From Verrucomicrobiaceae bacterium (GTDB lineage: Bacteria; Verrucomicrobiota; Verrucomicrobiia; Verrucomicrobiales; Akkermansiaceae), in assembly GCA_051252135.1 (NCBI GenBank), contig JBPOGH010000007.1:96001-160000 (forward strand): 64,000 bases of DNA. Reading direction: 5' to 3'. Below, piece after piece: positions 29,337 to 38,745 of this stretch. Below the pieces are notes generated by a model, which did not search any database, had not been told where the DNA came from, and worked only from the letters and a program-made list of their open reading frames with translations. Both the position numbers and the translations under genes were made by a program. Each line of letters begins with the position of its first letter. Position 1 is the stretch's first letter.

Positions 29337-31526
29337 TTAGGAGTGGAGGGCCTTAGCCAGCTCTTCAAGAAAACTCCGGAATCGTTCGAATCCGGTGATG
29401 TGGGTGGCGGCGGTATCGGTGGTTCCCAAATGAATGGTGTGATAGGGATCCATGTGAGTGTCGATGGTGAACATGGTCTCATCGGTTTGGTCGTCCCCCG
29501 CGGAAAGGCCGACCTCGGTGCCGTAGTGAAGGGCGAGGGCTTCGACAGCAGCCCCTTTGCTGACTTGCTGGCTTGCGATCTCGATGATTTTTTTCCCGTG
29601 ATGCACGGTGACAGGAAGGTTGGCGGTGAGATCGGTAAGTTCGGATAGCAAGCGGGTAGCCTGCCAAAGTCCGAATTCGGGATCGGTGGCGCGGTAGTGC
29701 CAGACGACGGCGGAGGGTTTCTCCTCGATGTGGCTCCCGGGGGTGAGTTGGGCGGCCTGCTCGAGTTGGGGCATGATGAGCTCTTTCCACGAAATATCCA
29801 CCAGCGGGTTGATGAGTTCCCACTCGAGGTTGTCCGGACGCGACCAGCGGTAACCGTGTTCGGAGACAAGGGCGAATCCCTTTCCGGAGAAGTGCTCGGA
29901 GAGAAAGTGCATGGGGCGTCCACTGACCAAGGCAACGTCGACCTTTTCGGCCAAACTCTCCAGCAGGGGGATGAGTGCGGGATCGGGGATGGCATCTTCC
30001 GGACGTTTGGTGAAATCACGGAGGGTGCCGTCGTAGTCGAGAAAGAGGCTCACCCGTTTCCCTGCCTTGGCGGACTGGATGATGGATTGCTTTACCTCTT
30101 CGAGTCCGGCTTTGGAGGCGTCTGCGGAATCGTCGACCTCTCCATCGAAGTAGGAGAGGAATCTGGCGGCCCAAGCGCCTGCGTCATTTTTTTCGAGATG
30201 CTTTTGCATCATGTGAATGCGTTCCCAGCGGTCTTCATCAGATAGGTCCAGGGATTTTCTGATGGCCTGCGAGACATCGGCGATGTCGTAGGGATTGACC
30301 ATCCAGGCGTGGGACATTTCTGCGGCGGCGCCGGCGAATTCGCTCAAGACAAGGACGCCGGGTGAAGCTCCCGCGTGTTCCCGTTTGCAGTCGATGAATT
30401 CCTTGGCGACGAGGTTCATTCCGTCGACGAGTGGAGTGACCAGGCAGACGTCGGCCCGGGCATAGAAGGAGGCAAGTTCCTCGGGTGGGAATCCCCGGTG
30501 GAGGAAGTGAACGGGGGAGTTTCCGACGCCGCCAAAATCACCGTTGATGGCACCCACCTCCCGTTGAACTTCTTCGGTCAGTTCGGCATATTCCTCGACG
30601 TTTTGGCGTGAGGGGACAGCGATGATTAGGAACATCACGGAGTCACGGAGCTCGGGGTTGTTCTCCAGAAAATGGCGGATGGCAGCGAGCTTTTGAGGGA
30701 CTCCCTTGGTGTAGTCGAGACGCTCGACGTTGAGGACGAGTTTTTTGGAACGAAGGTCCTCGTTGAGCTGACGTGATGCGTTGGTGAAGGCCTCCGTCTT
30801 CATGGCGTCGGCAAATCCCTGATGATTGTGACCGATGGGATAAACTCCCAATTTGTGTCGGAGACCTTTGTGGAAAAAGGTGTCATTTCCGGTTTCGAGA
30901 CCCAGCACGCGGAGGAGGCTGGAACGGAAATGGCGCAGGTAGTTGAAGGTGTGAAAACCAATCAAGTCGGCCCCCAGAATTCCCAGGAGAATCTCGCGAC
31001 GCTCGGGGAGGATGCGAAAAATATCGCTACTCGGAAATGGAGTGTGGAGGAAGAAGCCGATGCGTAGCTTCGGGCGGCGGGAGCGAAGGAGGCCGGGGAG
31101 GAGAAAGAGTTGGTAGTCGTGGATCCAGACGATGTCATCATCCTCGGCGACACGGAGAACGGCTTCCGCAAATTTTTCGTTTGCGGTGCGGTAGGAATCG
31201 GCGCTGGCATGATCAAAATGAGCACGCTGGGACATGCTGTGAAGAAGGGGCCAGAGGGTGGAGTTGGAGTAACCCTCGTAGAAGCCATTGACCTCGGCTT
31301 CGGTCAAATAGACAGGCTCGATCGCGAGGTCGCGGAGCTTGTTGGAGAGGGCTTCGGGATCTTGAACTTCCTCAAGCGGGTCACCATTCCAGCCTACCCA
31401 GACTTTTTCTGCATCGCTTTCGACCGCTTCCAGGGCTGAGGCCAGTCCTCCTGTTGTCCGGATGGGGGTTCCTGATTCGTCGAGGCGAATTGGAAGGCGG
31501 TTGGAGACGAGGATTATTTTAGGCAT
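29337..31526 (-). CDS. otsAB: bifunctional trehalose-6-phosphate synthase/phosphatase
   Basis: [51 protein letters not shown]. Confidence 0.95.
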   Translation of the reverse strand: MPKIILVSNRLPIRLDESGTPIRTTGGLASALEAVESDAEKVWVGWNGDPLEEVQDPEALSNKLRDLAIEPVYLTEAEVNGFYEGYSNSTLWPLLHSMSQRAHFDHASADSYRTANEKFAEAVLRVAEDDDIVWIHDYQLFLLPGLLRSRRPKLRIGFFLHTPFPSSDIFRILPERREILLGILGADLIGFHTFNYLRHFRSSLLRVLGLETGNDTFFHKGLRHKLGVYPIGHNHQGFADAMKTEAFTNASRQLNEDLRSKKLVLNVERLDYTKGVPQKLAAIRHFLENNPELRDSVMFLIIAVPSRQNVEEYAELTEEVQREVGAINGDFGGVGNSPVHFLHRGFPPEELASFYARADVCLVTPLVDGMNLVAKEFIDCKREHAGASPGVLVLSEFAGAAAEMSHAWMVNPYDIADVSQAIRKSLDLSDEDRWERIHMMQKHLEKNDAGAWAARFLSYFDGEVDDSADASKAGLEEVKQSIIQSAKAGKRVSLFLDYDGTLRDFTKRPEDAIPDPALIPLLESLAEKVDVALVSGRPMHFLSEHFSGKGFALVSEHGYRWSRPDNLEWELINPLVDISWKELIMPQLEQAAQLTPGSHIEEKPSAVVWHYRATDPEFGLWQATRLLSELTDLTANLPVTVHHGKKIIEIASQQVSKGAAVEALALHYGTEVGLSAGDDQTDETMFTIDTHMDPYHTIHLGTTDTAATHITGFERFRSFLEELAKALHS

Positions 31527-32850
31527 GTTCGAAAGTGTTGAGGAGATGGCAGGATTTGAGCACGCGTGCGAAGCGTTCCCGGATGGCCTCGCAATCGTGA
31601 TCATTGAAGAGAGCCGCCAGAGTATCCTGATTGATGAGAGTTGCTTGTTGGAGGAGTGCGCGTTGCTGTTCTTCGGAGTTTGAGGTAGTGGCGATGCGGG
31701 CGATTACCTCCAATAGACAGCAAGAGACGTCGCATTTCTCGCGGGCGGCCTGCCTGACCTGATTGAAGGAGGCTTCCACCAGAGAGCCGTAAGAACTGGC
31801 TGGAGTAAAAAGGCGGACATTCTCATCGATATCCCGGTGGGTGGAGGGAGGAAGGGGACGTGAGAAAGCAAGTTGAAGACCTGCCCCAAGATAGTCGATA
31901 CAATTCATCGCGGTGATGGGGTCGTTGATGCCCGGGGACAAAGCTCTCAGGGCGATCTCAACAAGTTGTCGTACTCCGTATTCGAAGTCCTGTTCGGGGG
32001 TGCGGACGTTGCCGACGAAGAAGGCCGCACGCACGGTTTCAGCGAATTCGGTCGGGAAGTCGTCAAAGGAAGGCCCCTCGATGACCCTAATGACCGGTTG
32101 ATCATCTGAAGTGAAATGACCTGCCCGTGACAAGGTGGCGAGGACGGCATCATGCTTTCGTGCGGTCTCTATCAGGCTATCGAAATCGATGGCCTGAATG
32201 TATCCTGTCTTCCCTGCGGTAATTTCCCAACCGGTTCGATCGACGTCAGTGAGGTCCGATTGTTCGGACGTGGCATTTGGTTCGGGGAAGACAGATTTAA
32301 TTGTCGTTTGGAGAACCTTGAAAGCGTCAGCGGTGACTTCCTCAACCTGAATATCCGAAAGGATGTGATGCACGAAGCGAATGAACAGAGTCAAGCAGAC
32401 CAATGCCAGAAGAAGCGCAATGAGGATCGACAAGTGAGGGATGAGAACAGGGCCGCCAACTTCCTTGATTCCCCGCATAGCAAAGATGCAGAAAGTGAAG
32501 GTGGCCAAAAGCGCTCCGAGCACTGTTTGACTGACTTTGTCCTTAATGAAGTTTCTCAACAAGCGGGGACCAAATTGCTGCGAGGCCAAGGCCATGGTCA
32601 CCATGATACTGGAGAACGAAACTCCGGCGACCGCCAACATAGAGGTCGCAATTGTAGCAAGGAGGGAGCGGGCACCGGCCTGGTCGCCGAGGCCTACGAT
32701 GGACTTCCACCACCCATCCACTCCCGCGAGCATCGTGTCGGCCCACAGGATGAACTGAGACAGAATGATTGCGGAAATGACCAGAGCGGAAGGAATGGTC
32801 CAAGCCGAGGCGCGGATCTTCTCGCTCACATGGGAGATGAAAGTCGTCAT
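31519..32850 (-). CDS. DUF2254 membrane protein
   Basis: LASQQFGPRLL, GYIQAID, QLVEIALRALSPGINDP. Confidence 0.92.
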   Translation of the reverse strand: MTTFISHVSEKIRASAWTIPSALVISAIILSQFILWADTMLAGVDGWWKSIVGLGDQAGARSLLATIATSMLAVAGVSFSSIMVTMALASQQFGPRLLRNFIKDKVSQTVLGALLATFTFCIFAMRGIKEVGGPVLIPHLSILIALLLALVCLTLFIRFVHHILSDIQVEEVTADAFKVLQTTIKSVFPEPNATSEQSDLTDVDRTGWEITAGKTGYIQAIDFDSLIETARKHDAVLATLSRAGHFTSDDQPVIRVIEGPSFDDFPTEFAETVRAAFFVGNVRTPEQDFEYGVRQLVEIALRALSPGINDPITAMNCIDYLGAGLQLAFSRPLPPSTHRDIDENVRLFTPASSYGSLVEASFNQVRQAAREKCDVSCCLLEVIARIATTSNSEEQQRALLQQATLINQDTLAALFNDHDCEAIRERFARVLKSCHLLNTFEHA

Positions 32851-32859
32851 TGATGGTAG

Positions 32860-32875
32860 GGCAAGAGGTGCCCCG
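32860..32875 (-). promoter_or_regulatory. sigma54 promoter of DUF2254-otsAB-GH15 operon
   Basis: CGGGGCACCTCTTGCC, 10 nt before ATG. Confidence 0.6.
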
Positions 32876-32886
32876 GTCAGGCAAGG

Positions 32887-33060
32887 TTAGATCCGGCGGC
32901 CGAAGATCACGAGGAGGGCGTGAATGAATCCAGGTAGCCAGAAGAGAAGAGTGAGGATCAAGTTAATGATGAAGCTACGGCCCAAGCCGGACTTGATTGC
33001 GACGGCAAGTGGAGGGAGGAAGAAGGCGATGATCGCCATAAGTACTTTGTTTTCAGACAT
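32887..33060 (-). CDS. YqaE/Pmp3 family small membrane protein (not in ORF track)
   Basis: MSENKVLMAIIAFFLPPLAVAIKSGLGRSFIINLILTLLFWLPGFIHALLVIFGRRI. Confidence 0.92.
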   Translation of the reverse strand: MSENKVLMAIIAFFLPPLAVAIKSGLGRSFIINLILTLLFWLPGFIHALLVIFGRRI

Positions 33061-33109
33061 TTTTTTTAGGGGTTAGAGTTGTTTGATTGGTGAGCTTACG
33101 CGCGATGGA

Positions 33110-33361
33110 TTAGTAACGGCGTTTGTCTTTCTCATTGCCGACCGCATAGCCTCCGGCGGCTCCGGCAGCAGCGCCGATTGCTGCTCCTTCTCCGGCATTT
33201 CCTGACTGATTGCCGATGATTGCGCCGGCAGCACCTCCAAGTAAGGCACCGGTGGTGGCGTCGCGCTGGGCGTTGCTGCTACCGGTGGTGCAGCTTGAAG
33301 TGACCAGTGAAAATGCGATGAGGACTGACGAGGTGGCTAGTGTGGTTACTTGTTTTTTCAT
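33110..33361 (-). CDS. glycine-zipper lipoprotein
   Basis: Lipobox TSSC; GALLGGAAGAIIG..GAAIGAAAG. Confidence 0.88.
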   Translation of the reverse strand: MKKQVTTLATSSVLIAFSLVTSSCTTGSSNAQRDATTGALLGGAAGAIIGNQSGNAGEGAAIGAAAGAAGGYAVGNEKDKRRY

Positions 33362-33375
33362 ACCGTGGAAGGGGG

Positions 33376-33391
33376 TGCTCGTAGCGTGCCG
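33376..33391 (-). promoter_or_regulatory. sigma54 promoter of glycine-zipper/yqaE unit
   Basis: CGGCACGCTACGAGCA, 15 nt before ATG. Confidence 0.75.
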
Positions 33392-33569
33392 ATCGTCTCC
33401 GGCCGACCCGATGTGGGGGAGAATCCCTTAGTTTCGAAGGGGGGAGAGGTTTCCCGGGGCCCAGCGATCCGGCGATGTGCCGAGAAGTTTTGCACGATCC
33501 TCTGATGCATCTTGTTGCGAATTGCATCCTTGAGTTCCGAGAAGGTTGACTCCCGTAGGAAAGGGCGGA

Positions 33570-33585
33570 TGGAACGGCCTCTGCA
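33570..33585 (+). promoter_or_regulatory. sigma54 promoter of BON-MscS
   Basis: TGGAACGGCCTCTGCA, 13 nt before ATG. Confidence 0.75.
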
Positions 33586-33597
33586 AACCGTGGGGGG

Positions 33598-34887
33598 ATG
33601 AAGAGTATCTTGGTTCTAATTTTATTATTTCTCCCGCTGTCGGCTCAACAATCGCCGATTCCCGAAGAAGTGGGGGTGGCGGAGCTTCCAGCGGAATCAG
33701 ATGCGGGCATCCGTGCGCGGCTCGCTGAGATTTTTCGATCCATTGACGCGCTTTCCAACGTGGAGGTCGATGTTGTCCATGGTGTGGTTACGCTTTCAGG
33801 CAAGGTCACTTCGAGCGAGGCGAGTGAAGAGGCAAAAGCGCTGGCCGAAGGGTTGGCAGGTGTTGTTTATGTTCGGGATCTTACTGAGGGTGAAGTCGAG
33901 GTGACCGCGCGACTGGAGCCCGCGAGGCAAAAGGCGGTTGAAATTGGGCGCGGGTTTCTTGAAAAGCTCCCGCTGATCGGAATCGCGATGGCAGTGGTGG
34001 CGGTGATGTGGTGGATGGGCTCGTGGTTGGGGGGGCGACGTGCCTGGCTGGTGAAGACGGGCCTCAATGAATTGTCGGCGGGTTTGGTGGGGAGAGTGGT
34101 CAAGCTGCTTGTGATTGGGTTGGGGATTTTTATGGCCCTCGAGATTCTGGATGCGACCGCCATCGCTGCGGGCATTCTGGGTGTTGCGGGGGTGGCCGGA
34201 GTGGCGCTTGGTTTCGCCTTTCGCAATATTGTTGAGAACTACCTTGCGGGAATCCTCCTTTCGATGAGGAACCCCTTTTCAACAGGCGATGCGGTGCAGT
34301 TTGGTGATCATCTTGGCAAGGTGGTCCGTCTGACTTCGAGAGACACTGTTTTGATGACCTACGAAGGAAACCATCTGCGAATTCCGAACAGTCTGATCAT
34401 CACCTCAGCGCTGACCAATTTCACCCGAAATCCCTTCCGGCGTTTTGACTTTGCGGTGGGGGTATCCACCGAATTGGATCTTACAGCGGTCCGCCGGCTT
34501 GGGATGGAAGCCCTGAACAATGTGCACAGTGTTCTGGATGATCCGGAACCTTATATTTTGGTGGAAGAGCTGGGAGACAGCACGGTGAACATCCGGTTTT
34601 TTGGTTGGGTGGATCAGCGGGAGCATGATTTTAACAAATCCAAGAGTGAGGCGATTCGTCTCGTGAAGGAGCGATTCGATGAAGCGGGAGTGGAAATGCC
34701 CGAGCCGATCTACAGGGTGCACCTAAGACGGGCAGGCGACGAACGCAAAAATCGATCTGTCCCCAAGGTGGCCTCAACCGGGCAGGATGCACCAGGGATG
34801 GACACTAGAATCGACAATACCATTGAGAAACAGGTTGCTTCGATTGCTTCTAACGAGAGCGAGACCAACCTCCTGGAAGGGAAATAA
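33598..34887 (+). CDS. BON-domain plus MscS mechanosensitive channel
   Basis: Signal peptide, BON (VVHGVVTLSG), GFAFRNIVENYLAG, RIPN. Confidence 0.92.
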   Translation: MKSILVLILLFLPLSAQQSPIPEEVGVAELPAESDAGIRARLAEIFRSIDALSNVEVDVVHGVVTLSGKVTSSEASEEAKALAEGLAGVVYVRDLTEGEVEVTARLEPARQKAVEIGRGFLEKLPLIGIAMAVVAVMWWMGSWLGGRRAWLVKTGLNELSAGLVGRVVKLLVIGLGIFMALEILDATAIAAGILGVAGVAGVALGFAFRNIVENYLAGILLSMRNPFSTGDAVQFGDHLGKVVRLTSRDTVLMTYEGNHLRIPNSLIITSALTNFTRNPFRRFDFAVGVSTELDLTAVRRLGMEALNNVHSVLDDPEPYILVEELGDSTVNIRFFGWVDQREHDFNKSKSEAIRLVKERFDEAGVEMPEPIYRVHLRRAGDERKNRSVPKVASTGQDAPGMDTRIDNTIEKQVASIASNESETNLLEGK

Positions 34888-34967
34888 TGCAATGTTTACA
34901 GTGGTGGAGAGGTGGTAAAATGCATGCTTCCGATCAAGGTTTTCCCGTGAAGTGCAGGAAAAGACGC

Positions 34968-34983
34968 TGGTACGCTTACAGCA
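34968..34983 (+). promoter_or_regulatory. sigma54 promoter of second MscS
   Basis: TGGTACGCTTACAGCA, 13 nt before ATG. Confidence 0.72.
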
Positions 34984-34995
34984 AGGAGAGAAAGC

Positions 34996-35910
34996 ATGAT
35001 CATTCATCCCATACTCGCTGAAGTAGAGGTTCTGGACAAAAGTCCGACGACGATATTGGTACAGTCGCTCGGGGACATTGTGAAGGATGCCATCGCGCAC
35101 CTGCCTTACATTTTGGGGGCAGTGGTGGCGCTACTGCTGACATGGCTGATTTCGGCTCTTTTTCAAAAACTGGTTCCCAAGCTTCTCGACAAAGGAACCT
35201 GGCGGACGTCGCTGAAGGAGCTTGCGGTGACGCTGGGCAAGGTGGTGATTTGGTTGGTGGGCGTCATGGTGGCGGCAATGATACTTTTTCCCGGCCTGAC
35301 TCCTTCAAAGGCATTGGGGGCTGCCGGACTTGCGTCAGTGGCGGTGGGATTGGCGTTTAAGGACATTTTTCAGAATTTCTTCGCCGGAATACTGCTGCTT
35401 TGGAAATTTCCCTTTGAGCCGGGAGACTTCATACAGTGCGGCGATGTGAAGGGGAAGGTGGTAGAGACGGAATTGCGACTCACCACGATCCGTCGGACCA
35501 CGGGAGAGCTTATCACTGTCCCCAATGCTTATCTGGTGGGCAATCCCATCGACGTTCTCACCAATCGCGATATCAGGAGAATGGAGATTACTACGGGGGT
35601 GGCTTACGGTGAGGATGTGGCCGAGGCGGTCGGAGTGCTGGAGAAGGCGCTCGCAGAATGTTCCACGGTGGACCAATCCCAGCCATGCGACGTTTTGGTA
35701 TCGAACTTCGGAGCCAGCAGTATCGATATCGATGTGCTTTATTGGACGAAGTCCGCGCCGCTCGATTTCCGGAAGTCGAAATCCGAAGTCATCACGGCAC
35801 TTAAGAAGGCTTTGGATGATGCCGGAATTGAAATTCCGTTCCCTTACCGGACTCTGACATTCGCGGAACCACTGAGGATTCTCAACGAGAAGAGCGATTC
35901 CGGGCAGTGA
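34996..35910 (+). CDS. MscS mechanosensitive channel
   Basis: GLAFKDIFQNFFAG, PFEPGD, GIEIPFP. Confidence 0.93.
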   Translation: MIIHPILAEVEVLDKSPTTILVQSLGDIVKDAIAHLPYILGAVVALLLTWLISALFQKLVPKLLDKGTWRTSLKELAVTLGKVVIWLVGVMVAAMILFPGLTPSKALGAAGLASVAVGLAFKDIFQNFFAGILLLWKFPFEPGDFIQCGDVKGKVVETELRLTTIRRTTGELITVPNAYLVGNPIDVLTNRDIRRMEITTGVAYGEDVAEAVGVLEKALAECSTVDQSQPCDVLVSNFGASSIDIDVLYWTKSAPLDFRKSKSEVITALKKALDDAGIEIPFPYRTLTFAEPLRILNEKSDSGQ

Positions 35911-35961
35911 TCCCGCGGGAGGGCTCGATATGCGCCAGTTTCCGCTAAATTGAGGGAGCAG

Positions 35962-35996
35962 AAAGCCCCTGTCACCGGAAGGTGATCAGGGGCTTT
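35962..35996. terminator. bidirectional hairpin terminator between mscS and tRNA-Phe
   Basis: AAAGCCCCTG-TCACC-GGAA-GGTGA-T-CAGGGGCTTT. Confidence 0.75.
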
Positions 35997-36004
35997 GGAA
36001 AGAG

Positions 36005-36080
36005 TGGTGGCTCATCTCGGATTCGAACCAAGGACACGCGGATTTTCAATCCGCTGCTCTACCAACTGAGCTAATGAGCC
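36005..36080 (-). tRNA. tRNA-Phe(GAA)
   Basis: GGCTCATTAGCTCAGTTGGTAGAGCAGCGGATTGAAAATCCGCGTGTCCTTGGTTCGAATCCGAGATGAGCCACCA; 76 nt, CCA end. Confidence 0.98.
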
Positions 36081-36144
36081 ATGCAGAAATGCTGCGGGCG
36101 GGTGATAAAGTCACCAACGGAGATTGGCAATAGAAAAACGCGCG

Positions 36145-36786
36145 TTATGGGCTCAGACGGGAAATTTTCCAGCTTCCGTCATTGCGGACGTAGCAAAACC
36201 GGTCATGGAGGCGGCCCGGGCGGCCTTGCCAAAATTCCAGATGATCGGGCTCCAGTTGGTAGCCACCCCAGAAATCGGGAAGGGGGACGGATTGGTTTTC
36301 CGGGAAACGAGCCATCATTTCCTGATCCCGCTCCTCGAGAAATGCGCGGTCGGGAACTTCTCTTGATTGGTTTTCCGAGACCCAGGCTCCAATCTGGGAG
36401 CCGTAGGGGCGGGAGTGGAAGTATTCGTCCGAGATGTCACGGGAGGTGCGGGTGACCTTCCCCCGGATGCAGACCTGGCGTTCGAGTTCTTTCCAGAGGA
36501 AGGTGAGGGAGGCGTAGGGATTGGCTTCGAGGTCCTGAGCCTTTTTTGAGGAGTAGTTGGTGAAGAAGCGGAAGCCTTGTGGGTCCATTCCTTTCAACAG
36601 GACGGTGCGGGAAGACGGGCGGCCCAGTTGATCGGCGGTAGCCAGGGTCATGGCGTTGGGTTCGATGAGCTTGGCACCGAGGGCCTGTTCCATCCAGTGT
36701 TCAAACTGGGTGAAGGGGCAGGGGTGGAGGTCCTTGCGGGACAGTCCGGCCATGGCGTAGTTCTCGCGGAGTTCGGGGAGGTTCAT
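36145..36786 (-). CDS. pdxH: pyridoxamine 5'-phosphate oxidase
   Basis: PNAMTLAT, RTVLLKG, FFTNY, EFWQGRPGRLHDR. Confidence 0.96.
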   Translation of the reverse strand: MNLPELRENYAMAGLSRKDLHPCPFTQFEHWMEQALGAKLIEPNAMTLATADQLGRPSSRTVLLKGMDPQGFRFFTNYSSKKAQDLEANPYASLTFLWKELERQVCIRGKVTRTSRDISDEYFHSRPYGSQIGAWVSENQSREVPDRAFLEERDQEMMARFPENQSVPLPDFWGGYQLEPDHLEFWQGRPGRLHDRFCYVRNDGSWKISRLSP

Positions 36787-37052
36787 TTTTCGTCGTCGGT
36801 GATTTCCATGGTGACGTAGTCGTCGCCCTCGATTTTTTGCCGGATATGATTCACCCAGAACAGGGCGAGGAGGCCAAGGAAGGCGAGGGAGCATTCCAGA
36901 AAGATTGGGGTGAACATGACCCCGAGGGTTTTGGCGGCGATCTCGCCAACGAGGCCGGGGAGGTTGGCCAGCAGGCTTAGGATAATGATGACAAAGGCGA
37001 CGCCCACGATGGGGATCATGCCCTTGATGATGAGTTTGGTCTTCCGCTTCAT
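36783..37052 (-). CDS. hypothetical membrane protein
   Basis: Two TM helices; ATGA-coupled to pdxH. Confidence 0.7.
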   Translation of the reverse strand: MKRKTKLIIKGMIPIVGVAFVIIILSLLANLPGLVGEIAAKTLGVMFTPIFLECSLAFLGLLALFWVNHIRQKIEGDDYVTMEITDDEK

Positions 37053-37122
37053 GGAGGGACTATTCCAAAATTTCGTGACGGTTACAATGGCAGTGAGGAG
37101 GAAGAAACCATAGGTTGGTGCC

Positions 37123-37335
37123 ATGACAAGACGGAGTTTATTGGTGACTTATATCCTTTGGTTCTTCTTTGGGGTGTTTGGAGTGCATCGGCTATATTTG
37201 GGCCATATTGGCTGGGCGGTGGTGTATTTTCTGACCGGGGGATTGTTCCTGATCGGCTGGATTGTGGACCTGTTTCTGAATCCTTCGTATGTTGCGGAGT
37301 ATAATGCCAGGCTGCGGACGGTGGGATTGATTTGA
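37123..37335 (+). CDS. TM2/NINE domain protein
   Basis: YILWFFFGVFGVHRLYLG..IGWIVDLF. Confidence 0.88.
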   Translation: MTRRSLLVTYILWFFFGVFGVHRLYLGHIGWAVVYFLTGGLFLIGWIVDLFLNPSYVAEYNARLRTVGLI

Positions 37336-37380
37336 AGCATAGCCTTGCCCGTTGGCTTAGTGGTGGGTAAAGCTCCGCGC

Positions 37381-38745
37381 GTGAGGTTGTTTGATACCCT
37401 GAAGCGCGAAGATGTCTCTCTGGAGCCGGTTGACGGTAAAACGTATCGTTTTTACTGCTGCGGGCCGACGGTCTATGGTCCGGCGCACATCGGCAATTTC
37501 CGGACGTTTGTGATGCAGGATGTGCTTCGGCGTGTCCTGGAAGTGGGAGGCTTGAAGACGAAGCACGTCCGGAATATCACGGATGTGGATGACAAGACGA
37601 TTCGGGATTCGGTGGCGGCGGGACGGACGCTCTCGGATTTCACCTCGGAATGGCGGGATAAGTTTCATGTTGATTGCGAGGCCCTCAACTGCCTGAAACC
37701 GCATGTGGAGCCGAGCGCGGTGGCACACGTGCCGGAACAGATCACGATGATTGGGGAGCTGGTGGAGAAGGGGCATGCCTATGCTTCGGAGGACGGCTCG
37801 GTTTACTTCAAGATCTCGTCATTTCCCGAGTACGGGAAGCTTTCCCGGCTTGAAACCCGTGAGCTGGACATGGGGAAGACGCAGAATGCCCGTGCGAACT
37901 CGGATGAGTATGACAAGGACAACGCGGCGGATTTTGTGCTGTGGAAGGGGAGGCGTGACGAGGATGGAGAGAATTTTTGGGAGAGTCCGTGGGGGCAGGG
38001 GAGGCCGGGTTGGCATTTGGAGTGCTCGGCGATGATCCGGAAGTATTTAGGGGAGACCTTTGATTTGCATAGCGGCGGGGAGGATTTGATTTTTCCCCAC
38101 CATGAGAACGAGATTGCGCAGTCGAAGTGCTCGTGCGGAGGCGAGTTTGCGAAGCATTGGTTTCACTCGACGCATTTGTTGGTGAATGGAAAGAAGATGT
38201 CGAAGTCCAGCGGGACACTTTATACGCTGGGTGATCTGGCGAAAGAGGGATGGACGGCGATGGAGGTCAGGTATGTCCTGATTGGAGGGCACTACCGGAA
38301 GCAGCTGAATTTCACGAAGGAATCCCTGCATGCGGCGCGGGAGGCGCTGATGAAGTTGGCGAAGGCGGCAAAGGGACGAGTGGCGCCCGGATACAGGGAG
38401 TTGCTCAAGACGCGTGATTTTGGGGTGTTTGCGAAGGGGTGGGAGAAGCTGAATATTGATTTGAACACGGCGGGTGCGCTGGGAGAGATTTTTGGGAATC
38501 TAAAAAAAGCCGGGACCGATGACGACTGGAGGGGATTTTTTGCGCTCTTGTCCTCGCTTGGTTTGGTTTTACCGGAACCCGAGGTGGCGGCTGTTCCGTC
38601 CGATATTGCCGCGTTGGCTGCCAAGAGATGGGAAGCACGGCAGCAGAAGGACTGGGCTGCTTCGGATGCCTGTCGTGACGAATTGGCGGAAAAAGGATGG
38701 GTGGTGAAGGATGGCACCGATAGTTACGAAGTCCTTCCGAAATGA
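37381..38745 (+). CDS. cysS: cysteine--tRNA ligase
   Basis: CGPTVY, HIGN, GRPGWHLECS, FPHHENE, KMSKS. Confidence 0.97.
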   Translation: MRLFDTLKREDVSLEPVDGKTYRFYCCGPTVYGPAHIGNFRTFVMQDVLRRVLEVGGLKTKHVRNITDVDDKTIRDSVAAGRTLSDFTSEWRDKFHVDCEALNCLKPHVEPSAVAHVPEQITMIGELVEKGHAYASEDGSVYFKISSFPEYGKLSRLETRELDMGKTQNARANSDEYDKDNAADFVLWKGRRDEDGENFWESPWGQGRPGWHLECSAMIRKYLGETFDLHSGGEDLIFPHHENEIAQSKCSCGGEFAKHWFHSTHLLVNGKKMSKSSGTLYTLGDLAKEGWTAMEVRYVLIGGHYRKQLNFTKESLHAAREALMKLAKAAKGRVAPGYRELLKTRDFGVFAKGWEKLNIDLNTAGALGEIFGNLKKAGTDDDWRGFFALLSSLGLVLPEPEVAAVPSDIAALAAKRWEARQQKDWAASDACRDELAEKGWVVKDGTDSYEVLPK

